Shown here: positions 56,509 to 64,000 of the stretch, piece after piece | How positions within the stretch are numbered: position 1 is the first letter of the stretch | Layout of the letters: each line of letters opens with the position of its first letter | Source of the DNA: an uncultured bacterium | GTDB lineage: Bacteria; Verrucomicrobiota; Kiritimatiellia; RFP12; UBA1067 | Direction: 5' to 3' | Assembly: GCA_902799385.1 (NCBI GenBank) | Contig: CADCAK010000020.1 | Coordinates: 33,771-97,770 of the forward strand | Length of the DNA: 64,000 nt | Translations under genes and position numbers: made by a program | The notes under the pieces: model-generated | The model's database searches: none | Seen by the model: only the letters and a program-made list of their open reading frames with translations | Told to the model about the DNA's origin: nothing

Positions 56509-56955
56509 CTACACTGGCATGAATCCGGAAGATCCGAACGACGGCTTTTCCCCTGCGGCGCCTTCAGCGGCGGTCTTTGCGATCGGGCGGAAGTCGGCAA
56601 GCAGGCGGCGCCAGGTCTCAACCTGATTTACGAACGCCTCAAGCGCGGCATCGAAGCCGTCATTGTCTAACAGGGCGAGCTGAAGGCGCTTCACGGCGAC
56701 ATACTGCCCTGGCTCCGGGACCTTGGCAAAGACAACGCCGGACTGCATGTTCGCCTCGAGCAGGAGATCTGAGAACACGGCGGCGCCCTCGGACGGCGGA
56801 TCCCCGACGTCTGCGGAAAGGACAAGCGCGTCGTCCTTGGCGACGATTGTGACGATGATTCCGTCAATGTCGAGCGCTGCAGCATTGTCCACGGCTACAA
56901 GATTCTCCACGCTGTGGCGTTTCGCAAAGTCGGTAATCAACTGTTTGAATTCCAT
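56509..56955 (-). CDS. CesT/YbjN-like (type III secretion chaperone fold) protein
   Basis: Small acidic protein. Its pattern resembles T3SS chaperones; this is a recollection-level call. Confidence 0.35.
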   Translation of the reverse strand: MEFKQLITDFAKRHSVENLVAVDNAAALDIDGIIVTIVAKDDALVLSADVGDPPSEGAAVFSDLLLEANMQSGVVFAKVPEPGQYVAVKRLQLALLDNDGFDAALEAFVNQVETWRRLLADFRPIAKTAAEGAAGEKPSFGSSGFMPV

Positions 56956-57001
56956 GTCGTTTTCTCCTGCATACCCTTTGTTGTTTAAAGAGTTGCCGTG
57001 T

Positions 57002-57010
57002 ATTATACCA
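57002..57010 (-). promoter_or_regulatory. extended -10 element TGGTATAAT
   Basis: Lies 47 nt upstream of ATG 56955. Confidence 0.5.
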
Positions 57011-57086
57011 TTTCTACGCCATCCATTTCAGGTTTTTTCAAATTCTGGCAGCTTTGAGGCCGCAAAAAGCGAGGAAACCATAGGCG

Positions 57087-58799
57087 TTACTCGATAGACG
57101 CGACGACCTGTCCCTTCGTCACGGGCTTGCCGTGCTCGACGAGGAAGGCAATCTTGCCCGCCGCAGGCGCCTTTATGGGATTGAAGAGCTTCATCGCCTC
57201 TACGACGCAAACCGCCTCACCTGCCTTAACCGCCGCGCCGTCGGCCGCCATTTCCGGCTTGCCGGGAGCATCGCTCCTGTAGAACGTGCCGTTGAGCGGC
57301 GCGAGAACGGGAGTACCTTTGAGTTGGAGATTAGAGTTGGAGTTGGAGGAAGAGTTGGAGTTGGAGTTGGAGGAAGAGTTGTCTGGCTGAGCTGCGGGAG
57401 CGCTTCCTGCCGTCGCCTCGCTGTCGGCTGGAATGGGACCTCCCTCCTTGCGCCACTTGAAGTAGCCAAGCGCGACTTCGGGGAAAAGCGCGTAGGAGAG
57501 AATATCCTCCTCGGCCTTAATCGTGTTGGGCGGGAGTTCCTCCGCTGCCTTGACAAGACCTGGCTTCAGCAAGTCCGCCGGACGGCAGGAAATAGGCTTG
57601 AGGTCGCCGCAGAGCTGCTTCCTCAGCTTCGGCGCAATGGGCGCGGGCGTGCGCCCGTAGTAGCCGGCTGCATAGCGCTTCGTCTCGTCGGTCACCATCG
57701 AATAGCGCTTGCCAGAAAGGACATTGAGAACCGACTGGACGCCGACGATCTGCGACGTAGGCGTGACAAGCGGAGGATACCCGAGATCGGCGCGCGTCTT
57801 CGGCAGCTCCTCGAGCACTTCAGGAAGGCGATCAAGCGCATCCTGCTGTGCGAGCTGCGAGCGGAGGTTGGAGATCATGCCGCCAGGAATCGCGTGGACG
57901 AGAACGCCTGCATCGACCGGCTCGACCTTCGCGGTTGAGGCGGGCTGGCGCTTCGTCTTCAGGTCCTTGAAGTAGCCGTTGATCTTCACAAGCGCCGAAG
58001 TGTCGAGCCCAGTCTCGAAGCCGCAGCTTTCGAGAATCACCTTGACCGACTCTACCGGCGGTTGCGAGGAGAACGACGAGAGCGTCGATATCGCGCAGTC
58101 GAAGCACCCCGCGCCCGCCTCGGCCGCGGCAAGGTACATCGCCGCCGCCATGCCGCTCGTCATGTGGGAGTGGATCTGGATAGGCATCTTGGGCATTGCC
58201 TTGCGAAGCGCGGAGACGAGTTCGCGCGCGGCGCCTGGCGTGAGGATGCCGGCCATGTCCTTGATCGCGAGAGAGTCGATGCCCATCGCCTCCTGGCTCT
58301 TCGCGAGCTCGACGTACTTCGCGACGGTGTGGACGGGCGACGTCGTGTAGCAGAGCGTGCCCTGCGCGTGGCCGCCGTACTTCTTGACGCTCGCGATGGC
58401 GACTTCGAGGTTGCGCGGGTCGTTGAGCGCGTCAAAGACGCGGAAGATGTCCATTCCGTTCTCGCAGGCGAGCGCGACGAAACGGTCTACGATGTCGTCG
58501 GGATAGTGCTTGTAGCCGAGGATGTTCTGGCCGCGCAGAAGCATCTGGAGCGGCGTCTTCCTGCAGACCTTCTTGATGCGGCGAAGGCGCTCCCACGGAT
58601 TCTCGCGCAGGAAGCGCATACAGACGTCGAACGTCGCGCCGCCCCAGCACTCGAGCGAGTAGTACCCCGCGTTGTCGATCGTCTCGGCGATCTTGAGGAT
58701 GTCGTCGGTGCGCATGCGCGTCGCCCAGAGCGATTGGTGCGCGTCGCGGAGCGTCGTGTCCGTGATCCTGACGAAGGACTTCATCTTGTTTGTTGCCAT
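57087..58799 (-). CDS. oxaloacetate decarboxylase alpha / pyruvate carboxylase subunit B (carboxyltransferase plus biotinyl domain)
   Basis: RITDTTLRDAHQS; C-terminal biotinylation site VVEAMKLFN. Start trimmed to MATNK with SD AAAGGAGAG. The linker is SSSNSNSNSSSNSNSN. Confidence 0.9.
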   Translation of the reverse strand: MATNKMKSFVRITDTTLRDAHQSLWATRMRTDDILKIAETIDNAGYYSLECWGGATFDVCMRFLRENPWERLRRIKKVCRKTPLQMLLRGQNILGYKHYPDDIVDRFVALACENGMDIFRVFDALNDPRNLEVAIASVKKYGGHAQGTLCYTTSPVHTVAKYVELAKSQEAMGIDSLAIKDMAGILTPGAARELVSALRKAMPKMPIQIHSHMTSGMAAAMYLAAAEAGAGCFDCAISTLSSFSSQPPVESVKVILESCGFETGLDTSALVKINGYFKDLKTKRQPASTAKVEPVDAGVLVHAIPGGMISNLRSQLAQQDALDRLPEVLEELPKTRADLGYPPLVTPTSQIVGVQSVLNVLSGKRYSMVTDETKRYAAGYYGRTPAPIAPKLRKQLCGDLKPISCRPADLLKPGLVKAAEELPPNTIKAEEDILSYALFPEVALGYFKWRKEGGPIPADSEATAGSAPAAQPDNSSSNSNSNSSSNSNSNLQLKGTPVLAPLNGTFYRSDAPGKPEMAADGAAVKAGEAVCVVEAMKLFNPIKAPAAGKIAFLVEHGKPVTKGQVVASIE

Positions 58800-58849
58800 T
58801 TTACCACTCTCCTTTGTTGTGATCAACCGTCAAATTATCTCGGGCCCTG

Positions 58850-59491
58850 TTACCCGTTTCCCGTTACCCGTTTCCCGAACAGATATATCTTGCCCTCGGT
58901 TCCCGAAAGGAGCCGCCCGATGTTGGCGCGGTGCTTGAAGATGACGAACGCCGCGACCAGCGTGACGAGAACGCACTGCGGAAGATTGCGATAGCCGTCC
59001 GTGCCGAGGATGGGGAACCACACGGCGACCATGAGGAACACCGCAGCGGAGCAGCTGCCGAGCGAAATGTAGTGCGACACGGCGAAGACGAGAGCGAAGA
59101 GCGCAAACGCCGTTCCAACAAGCGCTGGCGCGAGGCCGATAAGCATGCCGAACGCCGTCGCGACGCCCTTCCCGCCCTTGAACTTCATGTAGGGCGTCAG
59201 CATGTGGCCGACGACGCACATCACGCCTACAGCGAGAGGCAGCCACGAAACTCCGGATGCGAAATGCCGCGCGGCAAGCGTCGGCAAAAGGCCCTTCGAC
59301 ACGTCGCACGCAAACGCGAGGACGCCCCACTTCTTGCCGACGGTGCGGAAGACGTTCGTCGCGCCGATGTTCTTCGACCCGACCGTGCGCACGTCCACGC
59401 CGCGCATCCTGCCGATGAGAAAGCCGAACGGAATCCCCCCGACGAGATACGCCGCAAGCATCCACGCCGCCGTGATTGCAAATGTATCCAT
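58850..59491 (-). CDS. plsY: glycerol-3-phosphate acyltransferase PlsY
   Basis: GSKNIGATNVFR. Multi-TM protein. Confidence 0.9.
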   Translation of the reverse strand: MDTFAITAAWMLAAYLVGGIPFGFLIGRMRGVDVRTVGSKNIGATNVFRTVGKKWGVLAFACDVSKGLLPTLAARHFASGVSWLPLAVGVMCVVGHMLTPYMKFKGGKGVATAFGMLIGLAPALVGTAFALFALVFAVSHYISLGSCSAAVFLMVAVWFPILGTDGYRNLPQCVLVTLVAAFVIFKHRANIGRLLSGTEGKIYLFGKRVTGNG

Positions 59492-59497
59492 GCCTAT

Positions 59498-59506
59498 ATT
59501 ATACCA
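59498..59506 (-). promoter_or_regulatory. extended -10 element TGGTATAAT; leaderless plsY
   Basis: TATAAT, then 6 nt, then ATG 59491. Confidence 0.5.
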
Positions 59507-59527
59507 AATACAGGACGGGCGAAACGG

Positions 59528-61845
59528 TCAGAACTTGATAGAATTGCCGTCCTTGGCAAGCTTGCCGCGCATGCGCGGCTTCGTCTTGCCCGCAAGGACC
59601 ATGTCCGCAAGCGGGTCTTCGACGAAATCCTGCACTACGCGGCGTAGGGGCCGCGCGCCGAGCGCGGAGTCATACCCCTTCTCGACGAGGAACGCCGTCG
59701 CCTTCTTGTCGAGCGAAAGCGAGATGTGCGAATCCTTGAGCCGCTCCTGAAGCTTGGCGAGCTCGAGCTTCAGTATCGTCTCCATGTCGCCCTTCTCGAG
59801 CTTGCGGAAGACGACAGTCTCGTCAAACCGGTTCAGTAGCTCGGGGCGGAACGTGCGCTTCGCCTCGGAGAGGAGCTTCTCCTTGAGAAGGTCGAAGCTC
59901 GTCTCGGCGGTTTCGGTCGCGAAGCCCAGCGTATGGCCCTCGCGCGCAAAGTCGAAGCCGAGGTTCGCGGTGCAGATTATTATCGTGTTGCGGAAGTCAA
60001 TTGCACGCCCCTGGCCGTCGGTGAGGCGCCCGTCGTCGAGAATCTGCAGCAACATGTTCATCACGTCGGAATTCGCCTTTTCGAACTCGTCGAAGAGGAC
60101 GACTGAATAAGGCCTGCGGCGCACCTTCTCGGTAAGCTGCCCGCCCTCGTCGTAGCCGACGTACCCGGGCGGCGCGCCGACGAGACGCGAAGAGGAATAC
60201 TTCTCCTCGGCCGTTTGGGGTCGGCCATCAGCGCGCGGCTGCGGCGAAGCGCGCGCGCTATCGCCTTGATTGCCGGAGCCTGCCCGACGACGACTTCGCC
60301 AAGTGACTTCTCCATGCCGAGGAGCTTCTCCGCGGTCGTCGCGTTCATCTTCTCGACGGGGACGCCGCTCATCGACGAGACGGTCTCGGCGACATTCTCC
60401 TCGGTCGCCTCGATGACTTCCTCGGCGTGCGTCTCCTTCCACTTCTTGAGTGCTTCCTGGAACTCCGCCGACGCAAGCCTTATCGACTCGCGGTATCGCG
60501 CCGCCGAATCGAAGTCGCCCGCCTTCACGGCCGCGTCCTTCCTGCCCTTCAGCGCATCAATCGCCTCCTGGCGCGAAGTGAGCGACTTCGGCCTCGCGGA
60601 CGCGCCCATCCTGAGTCGCGCGCCCGTCTCGTCCATCGCATCGATAGCCTTGTCGGGAAGCTGCCTCGCGGGAAGATAGCGGGCCGTCAGCTCGACTGCG
60701 GCGCGAAGCGCGGCGTCACCGAACCTGACGGAGTGATGCTCTTCGTATTTCGGGGCGATGCCCTTCAAGATCCGTATCGTGTCGGCGACGGTCGGCTCGT
60801 CTACCTGCACCGACTGGAAGCGGCGCTCCAGCGCGGCATCCTTCTCTATCGACTTGTGGTATTCCTTGAGCGTAGTCGCGCCGACGCACTGAAGCTCGCC
60901 CCGCGCAAGCGCGGGCTTTAGGATGTTCGCCGCATCCATCGCGCCTTCCGCGCCGCCCGCGCCGACCATCGTGTGGATCTCGTCGAGGAAGAGGACAACG
61001 TTTCCGGCGCGCTTCGTCTCGTCGACGAGCTTCTTGAGCCGCTCCTCGAACTGGCCGCGGTACTGCGTCCCGGCGACCATCCGCGCCATGTCTATCGCGA
61101 CTACGCGCTTCGACTGCATCTTCTCCGGGACTTCGCCGCGGTGTATCGCCTGCGCAAGCCCCTCGACGACGGCGGTCTTTCCCACACCCGCCTCGCCTAT
61201 GAGGACGGCGTTGTTCTTCGTCCTGCGCGATAGGATCTGGATTATGCGCCTAAGCTCCTTTTCGCGCCCCACCACGGGGTCGAGCTTCCCCTGCCGCGCA
61301 AGGTCGGTGAGGTCGCGCCCGAAGGTGTTTATGGTGGGCGTCTTCTGCTGCTTGCCGTTCTCGCCCTTCTGCGAAGGCGCTTCGCCCACGTCGCCCTTGG
61401 CGGACGCGGCATCGCCATCCAAGTCGCCCTGCGTGCCGGCGGCGAGGAACTTCTCGACGGTGACGCCCGCGTTGAAGAGAAGCTGCGCAGCCGCGTTCTC
61501 GCCCTCGCGCATCATCGCGGTCACGAGATGGACCGTGCCCACGGGCTTTCCGGGGCCGCCTGCCTCCAGCCCCGCGATGTCCAGCACCTTCTTCGTGCGC
61601 GCCGAAATGGGAAGCTGCCCGCGCTGCAACGTCGCCCCGGCATTGCCCGTGACCATCGCCTTCATCGACTCCGTGAGGTCGGCTGCCGCAAGCCCGAGCC
61701 GTTCGAGGCGGATGCACGCCTGGCATCTCGGGATGGCGAGGATCGAAAGGAAGATGTGCTCCGAGCCGACATGGTCGTGGCCGAGCTGGCGCGCGCAGCT
61801 CGCCGCAGCGTTCAGCGCATCTATCGCGTTCTTGGTAAACGTCAT
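59528..61845 (-). pseudogene. clpC: ClpC-type AAA+ chaperone with an internal out-of-frame deletion that removes the D2 Walker A region
   Basis: ORF 60061..62412 is genuine from MTFTKNAIDAL (ATG 61845) through ...RSRALMADPKRP. ORF 59528..60442 is genuine from (A)EEKYSSSRLVGAPPGYVGY onward. About 41 codons (expected IGSFLFLGPTGVGKTE...DMSEY) are absent at about 60207-60215. Confidence 0.8.
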
Positions 61846-61847
61846 GC

Positions 61848-62738
61848 TCACAGGAACTTCTCCTCGGCGCGCTCGTTGAGGACGACGTCCTCGAACCGCC
61901 TGTTCATCTCGTCGGCGCGCTCCGCATCCTGGCGGTCGCGTTCCTGCTGCGTCTCGCCGTCCTCCTTCGACGAGAGGTCGATCGAGGCGAGCATCGACTC
62001 GATTTCGTCCAGGTCTATTCCGTCGAGCATCTTTTCTATCGCGGCGAGCCTGAGCGGCGAAAGTAGGTCGAAGAGCTCGCCCGGGCTCAGGAGCCGGCAG
62101 TTCTTGAGGATGGCGAGCGCGCGGCAGAGAGAGTCGCCGAACACGCGCGGCATGTCCTCGAAAAGCCTGACGCGCGCGTTGCGTTCCTCGCGAAGGATGT
62201 CCTCGGACACGCGCTTCGCGAGCTCTGCAGAGCCGGAGTAGCGAAGTCGGTAGACGTGCCCCGCATCGCGGACGCCGTCGGCGTCCACGCCGGCCAGCTG
62301 GAGCCTCAGCGCCCTGATTGCGCGCTGGACGGGCTCGAGCTCGCCGAGGAGATGCAGTCCTTCGAGATGTAGCCTCTCGCCGATGCGGTAGGGCGGCTCG
62401 GCACGCTCGCACGGGAAATCGGCAAACTCCGGCTCCTTCTTCGACCTGCCGGCTTCCTCGGCCACCTGCTCAAGCCCTTCAACAAGGCCGCTCATCGCGT
62501 TCATTATGGCGGCGACGATCGGGGGCGGTTCGTCGCCGGACGACACGCCCGAAACGGAAATGGACACTCCGGGCGGCAGTTCGCCCGCGCCCTTGCGCGT
62601 GCGCTGGCTCTTCTTCTGCCGACGCACCCTCTCGCGGTTGGCGCACTCGCGGCAGACGTAGAGCTCCTGCTCTTCGCCGTCCTTTTCCAACTGGATCGCA
62701 GTCTCCGCGTCCTTCTGATGGCACAGTTCACACTTCAT
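61848..62738 (-). CDS. McsA-like zinc-finger protein upstream of clpC
   Basis: ORF trimmed to MKCELCHQKDAETAIQLEKDGEEQELYVCRECANRE, which has the CxxC..CxxC pattern of McsA N-termini. The rest is unrecognised. Confidence 0.5.
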   Translation of the reverse strand: MKCELCHQKDAETAIQLEKDGEEQELYVCRECANRERVRRQKKSQRTRKGAGELPPGVSISVSGVSSGDEPPPIVAAIMNAMSGLVEGLEQVAEEAGRSKKEPEFADFPCERAEPPYRIGERLHLEGLHLLGELEPVQRAIRALRLQLAGVDADGVRDAGHVYRLRYSGSAELAKRVSEDILREERNARVRLFEDMPRVFGDSLCRALAILKNCRLLSPGELFDLLSPLRLAAIEKMLDGIDLDEIESMLASIDLSSKEDGETQQERDRQDAERADEMNRRFEDVVLNERAEEKFL

Positions 62739-62747
62739 TGGACGGGT

Positions 62748-62756
62748 ATTATACCA
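62748..62756 (-). promoter_or_regulatory. extended -10 element TGGTATAAT
   Basis: TATAAT, then 9 nt, then ATG 62738. Confidence 0.5.
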
Positions 62757-62790
62757 AAACTCGGGCGTTCGCGCCGAAGCCGTGGCGCGG

Positions 62791-63975
62791 TCAGACCGCA
62801 CCGCCGCGCCGGGACCGGTAGTACGCCACGCTGTCGGGCGGACGCACGTCCGTGAGCGTGCCGGCGTAGTGCCTCAGCCAGTGGTCCGCCTTCGGGTGCT
62901 TCGCGGCGGCGTCCTCGTCAATGTCTATCCCGAGCCCGGGCCGGTCGGACGGATACATCATTCCGTCGGCGAAGAGCACATCTTCGTCTACCACGTCCCC
63001 GCGCCACGGCACGTCGTCGAACAGCGTCTCGTGGATGCAGTAGCCGGGCGTAGAAACCCCAAGCGCGAGAGTGACGGCGTTCGCGACCGGACCCGACGGG
63101 TTGTGCGCGCAGAAAGGTATGTGGTGCGCGTCGCACAGCGCGGCGATCTGCTTCATGCCTGTAATGCCGCCCGCGTGCGACGGGTCCGGCTGAAGGTAGT
63201 CCATTGCGCGCAGCTCAATCGCGTCGAGCACCTGCTGAGTCGTGTAGAGCCTTTCACCGCAGGCGATCGGCGTCTTCGTCCGCGAGCGCACGTCCGCGAG
63301 CGCTCGCATCGCATCGGGTATCACGGGCTCCTCGACCCAATAGGGGCCAAACTCCTCGAGGGCGCTACAGACGCGCAGAGCGGTCGGCACGTCGAAGCGC
63401 CCGTGGCACTCGACGAGGATCTCGGCCTTGCCATCGGTGGCGGCCTTGACCGCCGCGACGCACTTCATGGCCTTCCTGAAGTCCTCGGGCGGGAGCTGGC
63501 GGTAGTTCTTTCCGAACGGGTCCCACTTAAGCCCCCTGAAACCGCGCTCGACGGCCAGGACCGCCTTTTCGGCGAACTCCTCGGGCTCCTTTGCGCCGGC
63601 AAACCAGCAGTTGGCGTAGCACGGCACCCCCTCGCGGCACTTGCCGCCCGCGAGCTTCCACACGGGAACGCCGAGCGCCTTGCCCTTGAGATCCCAGAGC
63701 GCCATGTCGATCGCGGAAAGCGCGCTCATCAGAACGGCCCCGCCGCGCCAGTACGCGTCGCGGTAGTTTTCGTGGAGGATCCACTCCGTGTCGAACGGGT
63801 CCTTGCCCACAAGCGCGTGCTCCAAGTCGGCGATTGCGCCAAGAAGCGCGTTTTCCTTGTATTCGAGGGTGCCTTCGCCTATGCCATACAGCCCCTCGTC
63901 CACAAGCACCTTCACGAACACCCAGTTCGTGCGGAAGCAGTCGACCGCAAATGTCCTTATGCCTGTTATCTTCAT
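62791..63975 (-). CDS. enolase-superfamily enzyme (mandelate racemase/muconate-lactonizing family, sugar-acid dehydratase-like)
   Basis: MKITGIRTFAV...VKVLVDEGLYGIGE...LQPDPSHAGGIT. Confidence 0.85.
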   Translation of the reverse strand: MKITGIRTFAVDCFRTNWVFVKVLVDEGLYGIGEGTLEYKENALLGAIADLEHALVGKDPFDTEWILHENYRDAYWRGGAVLMSALSAIDMALWDLKGKALGVPVWKLAGGKCREGVPCYANCWFAGAKEPEEFAEKAVLAVERGFRGLKWDPFGKNYRQLPPEDFRKAMKCVAAVKAATDGKAEILVECHGRFDVPTALRVCSALEEFGPYWVEEPVIPDAMRALADVRSRTKTPIACGERLYTTQQVLDAIELRAMDYLQPDPSHAGGITGMKQIAALCDAHHIPFCAHNPSGPVANAVTLALGVSTPGYCIHETLFDDVPWRGDVVDEDVLFADGMMYPSDRPGLGIDIDEDAAAKHPKADHWLRHYAGTLTDVRPPDSVAYYRSRRGGAV

Positions 63976-64000
63976 GTCAGCCCCCGACTTGCGCCTTCCC

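Overview
High-GC bacterial segment, coded almost entirely on the minus strand. The gene content (prepilin peptidase, GspE/PilB ATPase, RpoN, LptA-like protein, many Sel1 and secreted proteins) suggests a Gram-negative organism, possibly PVC-like, but taxonomy cannot be settled from here. Positions 1-26.2 kb look like an accessory island. It holds five paralogous COG1373-type AAA+ ATPase/DUF4143 genes (two decayed), each with its own TGnTATAAT promoter. Between them sit secreted, membrane and Sel1-repeat proteins of unknown function, a HipBA toxin-antitoxin pair, an orphan four-helix-bundle (Avd/23S-IVS family) gene, and an ATPase->Mpg->MGMT-fusion->LMW-PTP operon. The island's intergenic space is built from a few recurring sequence modules. 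These supply a Shine-Dalgarno sequence, a start codon and a signal-peptide-like leader (MNTRMMFARAVAG, MKPFARINL), and they are often joined to neighbouring genes by ATGA stop/start overlaps. Positions 26.5-64 kb are housekeeping genes: three phosphoribosyltransferases, pilD, gpsA, sppA, nifU, pheS, rpoN, gspE, icd, cmk, a purH-like gene, PFK, an oadA-like gene, plsY and clpC. This core is interrupted at about 36.7-41.3 kb by a RAYT-type HUH transposase with REP-like inverted repeats and by an AT-rich insert. The insert encodes two zinc-ribbon membrane proteins and is bracketed by a duplicated promoter-bearing repeat. clpC carries an internal deletion that removes the D2 P-loop. I found no rRNA, tRNA or CRISPR. 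All calls rest on reading the sequence and remembering motifs; no searches or RNA folding were run.
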